Shown here: piece by piece, positions 9,265-18,068 of the stretch
Layout of the letters: every line of letters begins with the position of its first letter
Position numbering within the stretch: the first letter of the stretch is position 1
NCBI GenBank assembly: GCA_041946735.1
Contig: JBHGAY010000014.1
Span: 32,001-96,000 of the forward strand
Origin: Candidatus Eiseniibacteriota bacterium
GTDB lineage: Bacteria; Eisenbacteria; RBG-16-71-46; CAIMUX01; VGJL01
Reading direction: 5' to 3'
DNA: 64,000 bases
Translations under genes and position numbers: made by a program
The notes under the pieces: generated by a model
Databases searched by the model: none
Seen by the model: only the letters and a program-made list of their open reading frames with translations
What the model was told of the DNA's origin: nothing

Positions 9265-10677
9265 ATGCTCACCACACGTCCTCTCGCTATCGTGTTTCTC
9301 GTCGTTCCGCTTCTTCTGGCTGCCTTCACCGTCCCGGCCGGCGCCGGCAAGAACGATCCCGGCGAGCCCGATTGGCATTTCGACCTCGGCTGGCTCCGGT
9401 CGACGAGTCCGGAGGAAGAGCCCAACAACACGTGCGCGACTTCGCAGTCGATGTCGTGCGAGGACATGGCCGATCCCTGCAGCGTGCAGCCGGCAGGGGA
9501 TCTCGACTGGTTCTCGTTCTACGCGGCGCGAGGCGCACTGGTGACCATCGGAACGGACGAGGTGCCCGGCCAGCCGCTCGTCGATACTTGGATCGAGCTC
9601 TACGCGCCCGATTGCGTCACGCTCGTCAGCTACGACGACGACCACGGTCCCGGCAACTACTCGCTGATCTACACCTACCTGGTCCCGCAAAGTGGCATCT
9701 ACCACCTCAAGGTGCGCTCCCACGTATCGGGAGGGACCGGCGGCTACCGCCTCTTCGTCACGTGCGCGCCCCTGCCTATCGGAGCTTGCTGCCTCGCGGA
9801 CGGCTCGTGCGTGGCGATCCAGCAAGTCGATTGCGTCGCGCAAGGGGGCGAGTACCAGGGCAGCGGAACCGGGTGCCAGCCCAACCCGTGCCCTCAGCCG
9901 GTGCAGGCCTGCTGCCTCTCCGACGGATCCTGCCTGCTGCTGACCGGACCGTCGTGCGCGGAGATCGGGGGGACGCCTCTCGCTCCCGAGAGCGTGTGCG
10001 ACCCGAACCCGTGTCAGCAGCCTTCGGCCGCATGCTGCTTCGCTGATGGAACGTGCCGGCTTCTCGCGCCGGAGACATGCACCCAGCAGGACGGCCAGCC
10101 TCTTCCCGAGGGAAGTCTCTGCGACCCGAATCCCTGCCCTCAGCCCCCCCAAGCCTGCTGCTTCCTGGACGGCGGCTGCTCCATGGAGGTCGCTGAGAAC
10201 TGCGCGACGTTGGGCGGCTCCCCACAAGGACCGGGAACGACGTGCGAGGCGAACGACTGCCCGCAGCCCGCCCGCTCCTGCTGCTTCCCGGACGGAAGCT
10301 GCCAGATGCTCGGAACGAACGAGTGTGTCGCCGCCGGCGGAGAACTGGCGGGCACGACCGAGTGCGATCCGAACCCCTGCCCTCAGGCGTGCTGCTACGA
10401 GGACGCCCTCTGTCTCTTCCTGGCCGAAGCGGGCTGTACGGCCGGGGGCGGGACGCCTATGGGACCGGGGACCCTCTGCGATCCGAATCCGTGCCCCGAG
10501 CCGGTCGTGGGCGCCTGCTGCTTCGCGGGCCAGGTGTGCGAGCCGCTCCCCGAGCCGGACTGCGCCGACCAGGGCGGCATCTACCAGGGGGACGAGACCG
10601 CTTGCGACCCAAATCCTTGTCCCCCAACGCCAACCGAGGGAACGACCTGGGGTCGGATCAAGGGGCTGTTCCGATGA
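9265..10677 (+). CDS. Secreted PPC-like domain protein with 7 Cys-rich ACC repeats and C-terminal TWGRIKGLFR tail
   Basis: Signal peptide; EEEPNN…DLDWFSF…DTWIELY…DDD beta-sandwich; 7 six-Cys modules. Confidence 0.85.
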   Translation: MLTTRPLAIVFLVVPLLLAAFTVPAGAGKNDPGEPDWHFDLGWLRSTSPEEEPNNTCATSQSMSCEDMADPCSVQPAGDLDWFSFYAARGALVTIGTDEVPGQPLVDTWIELYAPDCVTLVSYDDDHGPGNYSLIYTYLVPQSGIYHLKVRSHVSGGTGGYRLFVTCAPLPIGACCLADGSCVAIQQVDCVAQGGEYQGSGTGCQPNPCPQPVQACCLSDGSCLLLTGPSCAEIGGTPLAPESVCDPNPCQQPSAACCFADGTCRLLAPETCTQQDGQPLPEGSLCDPNPCPQPPQACCFLDGGCSMEVAENCATLGGSPQGPGTTCEANDCPQPARSCCFPDGSCQMLGTNECVAAGGELAGTTECDPNPCPQACCYEDALCLFLAEAGCTAGGGTPMGPGTLCDPNPCPEPVVGACCFAGQVCEPLPEPDCADQGGIYQGDETACDPNPCPPTPTEGTTWGRIKGLFR

Positions 10678-10834
10678 CATCGGCAGCCAGGCGGCCAAGA
10701 AAAAACCACCTGGGTGGGCGATTTCACTTCGTTCATCCAAGGCAGTCTTCTAGAATTGTCATCGCCGATCCAGGCCGCCCAATGACCGGGCTCGCTCGCG
10801 CAAGAAGACACCTTGGATCTCACCAGGAGGAAGC

Positions 10835-12667
10835 ATGCGCATAGCTAACGTGTTCCTGATCCTGTTCGTGTTCGGGTTCTGCCTTGGCAGCCCCGCTTGG
10901 GCGAAGGACACCGAGAAGATGGAGGAGCCGGAGTGGCACTACGATCTCTCCGGGATGGTTCGTAGCGTAGTGCCCGAGGTCGAGCCGAACGACGAATGCG
11001 GCGCCGGATCCCAGGCGATCACGTGCGGAGACGAGGTCAATCCTGCTCAGATCCTCCCCGCCGGAGAATTCGACTGGTTCGCCTTCCAGGCGAACGCGGG
11101 AGACGGCATCACCATCGGACTGGATGCCTCGGATCTCTGCGATCCGGACGTCAACGATACCTACATCTATCTGTACCGGGACGATTGCACCACGATCCTG
11201 GCCCAGGACGACGACTCGGGGCCGGGCTACTACTCGCAGATCACGAATTTCTCCGCGCCCTACACGGGCACCTACTACGTCAAGGTCAGGGGATACAGCG
11301 CCAGCTATGAGGGCTGCTACAAGATGTTCACCACCTGCGCTCCGCTTCCGACCGGCGCCTGCTGCCTGGCCGGCGGCGTCTGCGAGGTGATGACGCAAGG
11401 CGCCTGCACCACGGCCGGCGGGACTTACCAGGGCAACGACACGGTCTGCGAGCCGAACCCCTGCCCGCAGCCGCCTCCGAATGACCTCTGCTCCGGCGCC
11501 ATCGAGCTGCCCCGTTGCCAGAACGGTCTGATCTCGGCGACGACGATCGCAGCGGCCAACGACTACAACCCGGGCGATCCGGGGCCGAGCTGCACCGGCT
11601 ACAACGAGAACGCGAAGGACGTCACCTACTACATGAACCTCCTTGCGGGGGACACGGTGCACCTGGTCTACACGACACCCGCCTACGACGGCGCGATCTA
11701 CATCGTCACGGACTGCGAAAACGAGAGCGCGACATGCGTGGTGGGCGAGGACGATCCCGAGCCGGAGACGATCGACTGGACCGCGACGGCCGACGGGACG
11801 TACTTCGTCATCGCGGACGGCTTCTCGACGAACGGCGGCGGGGACTTCACGCTCGAGTGGTCGATCACCTGCCCGCCCCCCGCGCAGGCCTGCTGCTTCG
11901 TGGACGGCAGCTGCCAGATGCTGACCGCCGAGGTTTGCCTCGAGATGAGCGGGACTCCGCAGGGCGAAGGCTCTGTCTGCGAGCCGAACCCCTGTGAGAT
12001 TCCGCCGACCGCCTGCTGCTTCCCCGACGGCACCTGCCAGATGCTGCCGAGGGAGGAGTGCCTGAACCAGGGCGGCCAGCCTCTCAACGACGTCTGCGAT
12101 CCCAACCCCTGCGACCAGCCTCCGATGGCGTGCTGCTTCCCGGATGGCTCATGCCAGTTCACCCTCGAGGCGTATTGCATCGAGGCCGGTGGCGCGCCTC
12201 AGGGCTACGGCACCAACTGCGAGCCGAACCTCTGCGAGCAGCCCCCGGTCGCCTGCTGCTTCCCGGACGGCACCTGCGAGTTCGTGACCGCCGACATCTG
12301 CGTCCAGATGGGTGGAGCGCCCGGAGCGTACGGCACCGACTGCGAGCCCAACGACTGCCCGCAGCCGCCGGTCGCCTGCTGCTTCGCGGACGGCTCCTGC
12401 GAGTTCGTCCTTGCGGACGTCTGCACCCAGATGGGCGGGACGCCCGGACCGTACGGCACCGACTGCGAGCCCAACGACTGCCCGCAGCCGCCGGCGGAAG
12501 GGGCGTGCTGCTTCACGGGTCAGCTGTGCGAGGTCATGAGCTCCGAGGACTGCATTGCCGAGGGCGGCACCTACCAGGGTGACGACGTCTCGTGCGACCC
12601 GAATCCGTGCCCGCCGACGGCGACGAAGGACGCCACCTGGGGCCGGATCAAGGCCAACTACCGCTAG
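10835..12667 (+). CDS. Secreted two-beta-sandwich protein with 7 Cys-rich ACC repeats and C-terminal TWGRIKANYR tail
   Basis: RBS AGGAGG; signal peptide; PPC-like domain, 1 Cys module, second domain (NDYNP…CTGYN…KDV…YDG…), then 6 Cys modules. Confidence 0.88.
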   Translation: MRIANVFLILFVFGFCLGSPAWAKDTEKMEEPEWHYDLSGMVRSVVPEVEPNDECGAGSQAITCGDEVNPAQILPAGEFDWFAFQANAGDGITIGLDASDLCDPDVNDTYIYLYRDDCTTILAQDDDSGPGYYSQITNFSAPYTGTYYVKVRGYSASYEGCYKMFTTCAPLPTGACCLAGGVCEVMTQGACTTAGGTYQGNDTVCEPNPCPQPPPNDLCSGAIELPRCQNGLISATTIAAANDYNPGDPGPSCTGYNENAKDVTYYMNLLAGDTVHLVYTTPAYDGAIYIVTDCENESATCVVGEDDPEPETIDWTATADGTYFVIADGFSTNGGGDFTLEWSITCPPPAQACCFVDGSCQMLTAEVCLEMSGTPQGEGSVCEPNPCEIPPTACCFPDGTCQMLPREECLNQGGQPLNDVCDPNPCDQPPMACCFPDGSCQFTLEAYCIEAGGAPQGYGTNCEPNLCEQPPVACCFPDGTCEFVTADICVQMGGAPGAYGTDCEPNDCPQPPVACCFADGSCEFVLADVCTQMGGTPGPYGTDCEPNDCPQPPAEGACCFTGQLCEVMSSEDCIAEGGTYQGDDVSCDPNPCPPTATKDATWGRIKANYR

Positions 12668-12690
12668 GAGAAAGGTCCCCCTTTCTCGCG

Positions 12691-12728
12691 GGGAGCGGGA
12701 TCGGCTCGTCCGATCCCGCTCCCTTTTT
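12691..12728 (+). terminator. Rho-independent terminator
   Basis: Perfect 14-bp stem GGGAGCGGGATCGG/CCGATCCCGCTCCC, 5-nt loop, then TTTTT. Confidence 0.85.
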
Positions 12729-13065
12729 CCCATGATGCGTAGGGCGCTCACGCCAGGTTCGATCACTGACCACGCTTGTCCATTGCAGCGAGAGATGACG
12801 CACCGAACAGCGATGTCGGAGAGTGAGGGCGGAGACCCATCGGCGGCGGGGACGGGGGACGAGGAGCGTCTACCTAAGATCCTGCCCACGAACGGCTTGC
12901 CGCCGGAAGATTCTTTCGCGTCTGAAGTGGTCAAAGACTGATCGTTCTTTACAGAAGGGCCGATTCAGAGTAAAATACGATTTGCCTGTGAACCATGTCC
13001 CTGCTTGGGATCTGGTCGCGCAGGAGACTTCTGCTAGCAGAAACAGCACTTGCACGGAGGTTCAC

Positions 13066-14136
13066 ATGCGTCTTGTTCTAGCTTTGGTCCTTACGACGAT
13101 GCTCTGTAGCGGCCTCGCCTTCGCTGCCCCCGGCAACGAGGATCCGAAGCCCTGGTCGTACGACACCTCTTGGGCTCGTTCCGAGTATCCCGAGCAGGAG
13201 CCGAACGACACGTGTCCGGGTCAGGCTACGGCGTGCGGTGACGTCGTCACCCCGGCGTACCTCGACGCCGGCAACGAGGATTGGTACTCGTTCACGGTGA
13301 ACGCGGGTGACGCCATCACGGTCGGGACCCAAGAGGTCAACCCTGGCGACTACGCCGACACCTACATCGAGCTCTACTTCGAGTGCGGTGGCACGATCCT
13401 CGCGGAGGATGACGACAGCGGCCCGAGCACCTACTCGCTCATTCAGGAGTGGATCGCTCCGCAGACCGGCACCTACAACCTGAAGGTTCGCGGGTTCAGC
13501 GCGAGCTCCTACGGCCCCTACGAGGTCTTCTTCCAGTGCGGCCAGGTCGTCCTCCCCGAGGGCGATCAGTGCGACACCGCGACGGAGATCACCTGTGGGA
13601 CGGGGACGCTCAATGGCGACCTGACGACCTACCACAACGACTACAACCCGTACGCGGACGGGTACAGCTGCACCGGGTACAACGCGAACGACAAGGACGT
13701 GGTCTTCATCCTCAACATGAACGAGGGCGACAGCATCGACCTCACCTACACGACGCCGAGCTATGACGGATCGATGTACATCATCACCGATTGCGCCGAC
13801 GCGGCTCACAGTTGCGTGATCGGCGAGGACGATCCGGAGCCCGAGCACATCGCTTGGACGGCCACGGCCACCGGCACCTACTACCTGATCCTCGACGGCT
13901 ACTCGGCTGGCGCTGGCGGACCCTGGACTCTCGACTACATCTTCGATTGCGTCACGCCGCCGACCGAGGGGGCTTGCTGCTTCCCCGACGGTAGCTGCGC
14001 CATGCTGCTCCCCGACGATTGCACCCTCAACGGTGGCGATCCTCAGGGCGAGGGCACGACGTGCGAGAGCGTCGAGTGCGAGATCGTGGCGACCCAGGAC
14101 GCGACCTGGGGCCAGATCAAGGCGACCTATCGCTAG
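13066..14136 (+). CDS. Secreted paralogue: two beta-sandwich domains, 1 Cys-rich ACC repeat, C-terminal TWGQIKATYR tail
   Basis: RBS GGAGG at 13056 then ATG 13066 (MRLVLALVL…). Clearly homologous to 10835..12667. Confidence 0.88.
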   Translation: MRLVLALVLTTMLCSGLAFAAPGNEDPKPWSYDTSWARSEYPEQEPNDTCPGQATACGDVVTPAYLDAGNEDWYSFTVNAGDAITVGTQEVNPGDYADTYIELYFECGGTILAEDDDSGPSTYSLIQEWIAPQTGTYNLKVRGFSASSYGPYEVFFQCGQVVLPEGDQCDTATEITCGTGTLNGDLTTYHNDYNPYADGYSCTGYNANDKDVVFILNMNEGDSIDLTYTTPSYDGSMYIITDCADAAHSCVIGEDDPEPEHIAWTATATGTYYLILDGYSAGAGGPWTLDYIFDCVTPPTEGACCFPDGSCAMLLPDDCTLNGGDPQGEGTTCESVECEIVATQDATWGQIKATYR

Positions 14137-14159
14137 CATCGAAGCCGTAAGTCTCTGAG

Positions 14160-14191
14160 AAGAGGCCCCGCCCGCAAGGGCGGGGTCTTTT
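14160..14191 (+). terminator. Rho-independent terminator
   Basis: AAGAGGCCCCGCCC-GCAA-GGGCGGGGTCTTTT: GNRA-capped GC stem ending in T run. Confidence 0.85.
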
Positions 14192-14242
14192 CGTTCGGCC
14201 TGGAACCCGCAGAAACGAGCCGAAGGGAGCCATCTTCGGAGG

Positions 14243-14729
14243 ATCGAGCAGGAGAACCCCTAAGGGGAGAGTCTCCACCGGGTGCTTCGCGATGAAGAAC
14301 CCCAAGCGGGAGACTCTCGGTTCGGATGTTCACCCTCGCGAACTGGCCTCGCCAGACTCTCGGGCCGAGGCTTCACGTCGGTGAAGGCCTCGCAGGAGAC
14401 TCTCGAGTCGGATGTTCACACCCGGCAACTCGAGACCCGAGATTCTCGGAACGTGGCTTCACGATCGGGAAGGGGCCGGCCGAGAATCTCCGTGCCCCAG
14501 TTCGCATCGGGAGAGATAGGGTCCGAGACTCTCCGCCTACCCCTTCACCGAGTGCAACTCCCCCACGGGACTTCTCGATTCGCAGGTTCACAGCCTCGAA
14601 CCTCCCGGGTCGAAGTCTCTGATCGGCTCTTCACGCCAGTGAACCGGAGGGGCCAGAACCGGGACTCGGTGCTTCACGCCTGTGAACGGGTCTGCCTGGA
14701 CGCTGGGCTCGGGTCTTCGCCTTGGTGAA
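14243..14729. repeat. Non-coding 43-bp-period dual-motif array (about 11.5 units)
   Basis: TTC recurs at 14286, 14329, 14372, 14415, 14458, 14501, 14544, 14587, 14630, 14673 and 14716, exactly 43 apart, usually as TTC-N8-GAA. GAGAnTCTC-like motifs start at 14267, 14310, 14353, 14396, 14439, 14482 and 14525. Confidence 0.92.
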
Positions 14730-14876
14730 GCTGCCCGCTCGGGCTCCGACGGGCGGTTCAGCGCAATCGAATGCGGCGGAGGCTCGGCGGAGACTCAATT
14801 GAGCGACGGCGACCGCCCTCCCTGGAGGACGATCGCCGTCGACGATCCGGCCGGTCGACTCAGGAACGGTTCGCCA

Positions 14877-17666
14877 TCACCGGACGACGACCAGCCGTCG
14901 GACGCGCCGCTCGCCATCCGCCTGCAGCCGGCTCCAGTAGACCCCCGCCGGGACGTCGTGACCCAGGCCGTCCTTGCCGTCCCAGCGGATCGCGTGCGAT
15001 CCGGCGGCGAGCGGCTGGTCGAGGAGCTCGCGGACCAGGCGCCCGGAGACGTCGACGATCGTCAGCTCCACCGATCCGGCGCGTGGCAGCGCGAACGAGA
15101 GCTGCATCGCGCCGGACGCGGGGTTCGGCCGCGCGGGCGAGAAGGTCAGGGTGCGCGGGAGCGCCTCCGCCTCTTCCGTCCCCGCCGGATCGATCGGCTC
15201 CTCGAAGAAGGTCTCGAGCACGTGCACCATGTTCTGGCGCAGGGAGGCGTGCTCCCAGCGATACGGCCGTCCGCTCAGGAAGACGAACTGCGCTCCGTCG
15301 GGACGGTACATCCCGCCGCCGGCCGGCTTGCGCCAGACGCCGATCCCGCGATCCGGGTTGATGTACTGCTGCGCCTGGTAGATCACGCGGCTGTCGGGCT
15401 GCGAGAGGGTGAGGTTGAAGAGCGAGCAGTAGTTCTGGGTGCCCAGTCGGACGATGTTGGTCAGTCCGGGATAGCTCGCGATGCAGTCGTAGATCGTGCT
15501 GCCGGATTCCCAGGTGATCCCGAGATACGCGCGCTCCTGCTCCGTCAGGTAGTCCTGGCCCATGCGGGTGAGCAGCAGGACGTTGCCGCCCGCCTCCAGG
15601 TAGGGAACGATCGGCGTCGATCTCCACGAGCCGAGGTCGCCGTTGTAGTTGCTGGCGACCCAGACGACGTTGCGGTAGCGGCCGAGAACGTCGGGCGGAA
15701 TCGCTCCGCTGCCGATCGGATCGGGCAGGGTCGAGGGATAGCCGCCGGCCGGCTCCGGGAAGAGGTCCCAGAAGTCGATCACGTAGTCGCCCGTGAACGC
15801 CCGATCCTGGTAGGCGCTCGCGATCTCGTCGCCGTAGGAAGTCCAGTCGACCGCGTTGACGAGGAGCACGCCGCGATCGAACGGCGGATCGTAGATCGGC
15901 TCCGTGACCGTCTTCAGGATCCAGTCGCCCTCGTCGATCCGAACCGATCGGGGCTCGTCCGTCACATGGAAGAGGTAGTCCTGCGTGGCCAGGCTGTTCT
16001 CCACGACGAAGGTCTGCTCCCCGTTTGCCATATGGATCGTCACGTCGACCGGCATCCGGAAGATCTGCCAGGTCTGGGTCTGGTCGATCGTGAGGGCGAC
16101 GTCCCAGCCGCCGCCGCCCGGCGTGAACGTGTAGGAGAGGGAGTACTCCGGGTAGTACTCCCCGTAGATCCACTCCTGGAAGAACCAGTCGAGATCCCGC
16201 CCGGAGACCTGCTCGCAGACGTCCCGGAATTTCTCGGTCGTGGCGACCGAGTAGCGGTACGTCTGGTAGTAGGCGCGCAGGGAGGCGAAGAAATCCTCCT
16301 CGCCAAGGACGTGCCGCAGCATGTGGAGGACCCAGGAGCCTTTGTTGTAGGAGAGGTTCGAATCGAAGATCCGGCCCCAGTCGTTCAGGTCGGGGACGTA
16401 GATCGATCCAGGCCCGAAGTACTTGTTGCCGTCGATGTCCTGGCGGTATCCGTCGGGACCGTAGGCCACTTCGGAGTACAGGGCTTCGCAATAGGTGGCG
16501 AAGCCCTCGTTGAGCCAGACGTGGTGGAAGTCCTCGCAGGTGATCATGTCGCCCCACCACTGATGCGCCAGCTCGTGCGCGACCACCCACTCGCCGAAGT
16601 AGCCGAGGCTGGTGCAGGTCTGGTGCTCCATCCCGCCGCCCCACGGGAACTCGGCGTGCCCGTACTTCTCTCCCTGGAACGGGTAGGCGCCGAAGATGCC
16701 GGAGTAGATCCCGATCATGTCCTTCACCTTCGCGTTGACGGCGGCGTTCTCCTGCACGTCGTCCGGGTACATGAAGAACTTGATCTCGAGGGAGTCGGAC
16801 GGGCTCGCGTGGTACCAGTCCGAGTAGACGGCGAAGGGGTGGACGGCGAGGGAGACCAGGTACGTGCTGATCGGGAACCCTTCATGCCAGCGCGCCACCG
16901 AGGTGATCCCGTTGTCGCTCTGCTCCCGAAGCTCGCCGTTGGAGGCGGTGATCAGCCCGGTCGGCGCCGTGACGCGCACGTTGACGGAGTCGGCCTTGTC
17001 GTCCGACCAGTCCTTGCTCGGCCACCAGGTCCGTCCGCCGAACGGCTCGCTCAGGGTCCAGATCATCGGCTGGCCGAGATGGGTATCCCAGCCCCAGGCG
17101 TCCCCTTGCGGATTGCCGTTGTAGAGCACCCGCACCTCGACCGTCTCGCCGGTCTGGTAGGCGCGGTCGAGCGTCACCGTCAGGACGTCCCCGATGTGGC
17201 TGAAGGTCGCGGCATGGCCGCCGGCCTGCGATCCCGTCACCGTCATGTTGGCGGCGAGATCGAGATCGAAGGTCGCCAGCGGGCCGGACAGCACCCGGGC
17301 GCGGGTCAGGACGTTGCCGGTCAGGACGTGGGCCACCGGGTCGAGGTTCAGGTCGAGATCGTAGAAGAGCGCGTCGTAGGCGAGCTGGTTGGGAGTCGTG
17401 CGGCCGCGCGCCAGCGAGGCGATACGTTCGCTCCTTTCGGCCATCGCGGCCTTGTGGAAGGCGAGGTACGGAGCCGTGTCGCGAGGGTCCATCATGCGGC
17501 CCACCCACCCGGCGGCCGTCGAGGGAAAGAGCACCGGCCCGCTTTCGTCCGCCCGGGCAGGAGCCGGAAGGAGGACGGACAGCAGGAGCGCCGGCAGGGC
17601 GAGCAGAGCGAGCGGGAAGAGAGCGAGCGGGAAGGACGGCGAGAGGGACCGCGGGGAGCGCCGCAT
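14877..17666 (-). CDS. M1 family aminopeptidase with C-terminal FlgD-Ig/T9SS-A-like domain
   Basis: RBS GGAGGA then ATG 17666; signal peptide; GGMEH, HELAHQWWG-x-NEGFATY and YNKGSWVLHMLR motifs; C-terminal PNP…DVSGRLVR…WDGKD…AGVY. Confidence 0.92.
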   Translation of the reverse strand: MRRSPRSLSPSFPLALFPLALLALPALLLSVLLPAPARADESGPVLFPSTAAGWVGRMMDPRDTAPYLAFHKAAMAERSERIASLARGRTTPNQLAYDALFYDLDLNLDPVAHVLTGNVLTRARVLSGPLATFDLDLAANMTVTGSQAGGHAATFSHIGDVLTVTLDRAYQTGETVEVRVLYNGNPQGDAWGWDTHLGQPMIWTLSEPFGGRTWWPSKDWSDDKADSVNVRVTAPTGLITASNGELREQSDNGITSVARWHEGFPISTYLVSLAVHPFAVYSDWYHASPSDSLEIKFFMYPDDVQENAAVNAKVKDMIGIYSGIFGAYPFQGEKYGHAEFPWGGGMEHQTCTSLGYFGEWVVAHELAHQWWGDMITCEDFHHVWLNEGFATYCEALYSEVAYGPDGYRQDIDGNKYFGPGSIYVPDLNDWGRIFDSNLSYNKGSWVLHMLRHVLGEEDFFASLRAYYQTYRYSVATTEKFRDVCEQVSGRDLDWFFQEWIYGEYYPEYSLSYTFTPGGGGWDVALTIDQTQTWQIFRMPVDVTIHMANGEQTFVVENSLATQDYLFHVTDEPRSVRIDEGDWILKTVTEPIYDPPFDRGVLLVNAVDWTSYGDEIASAYQDRAFTGDYVIDFWDLFPEPAGGYPSTLPDPIGSGAIPPDVLGRYRNVVWVASNYNGDLGSWRSTPIVPYLEAGGNVLLLTRMGQDYLTEQERAYLGITWESGSTIYDCIASYPGLTNIVRLGTQNYCSLFNLTLSQPDSRVIYQAQQYINPDRGIGVWRKPAGGGMYRPDGAQFVFLSGRPYRWEHASLRQNMVHVLETFFEEPIDPAGTEEAEALPRTLTFSPARPNPASGAMQLSFALPRAGSVELTIVDVSGRLVRELLDQPLAAGSHAIRWDGKDGLGHDVPAGVYWSRLQADGERRVRRLVVVR

Positions 17667-17947
17667 GGAAGATCCTCCAAGGTGTCGGACATCGCGGCCC
17701 GCCCGCGTCGGGGCGCGCGAGCCACGGCTGCTTGCGAAGGACCGCGGCGCAGGCGGAAGAGCCCGCTGCGACCGCGGCCGGGAGACGATACCGGATGATT
17801 GTACCATGGGGAGGGCGGCCCTCCGTGGGCGCGTGTGTGTGCGTGTCGGGCGGTTGTCGGGTGGAAATCGGGGGGGGCCGAGGTGCGGGCCGCGCAAAGC
17901 CGTCCCGAGGAGACCCCGGGACGGCTCGACGGCACGGCGGATAGAGG

Positions 17948-18068
17948 GAGCAAGAGACGGAGCAAGAGACAGAGCAAGTGACGGAAAGAGAGCAGGCGAA
18001 GAGGCGCGGCCGCTCGCCGCCTCGCCGCCTCGCCGCCTCTCCGCCTCTCCGTCGCGCCGTCTCGCCGT
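17948..18068. repeat. Intergenic short tandem repeats (3x12 bp GAGCAAGAGACG; 7x8 bp CTCGCCGC-like)
   Basis: 12-mers at 17948, 17960 and 17972; 8-mers from 18013 to 18068. Confidence 0.75.

Noticed and set aside
14243..14729. CRISPR array, or protein-coding repeat (ORFs 14282..14728, 14326..14622, 14373..14591)
   Set aside because: There are no identical 25-40-bp repeats with 30-40-bp spacers and no cas genes. The 43-bp period is not a multiple of 3, and the ORFs lack RBS and protein-like features.
14286..14729. LexA (GAAC-N4-GTTC) or CRP (TGTGA-N6-TCACA) boxes
   Set aside because: The motif is TTCAC-N4-GTGAA, with the opposite half-site orientation, and it lies between convergent 3' ends rather than in a promoter.
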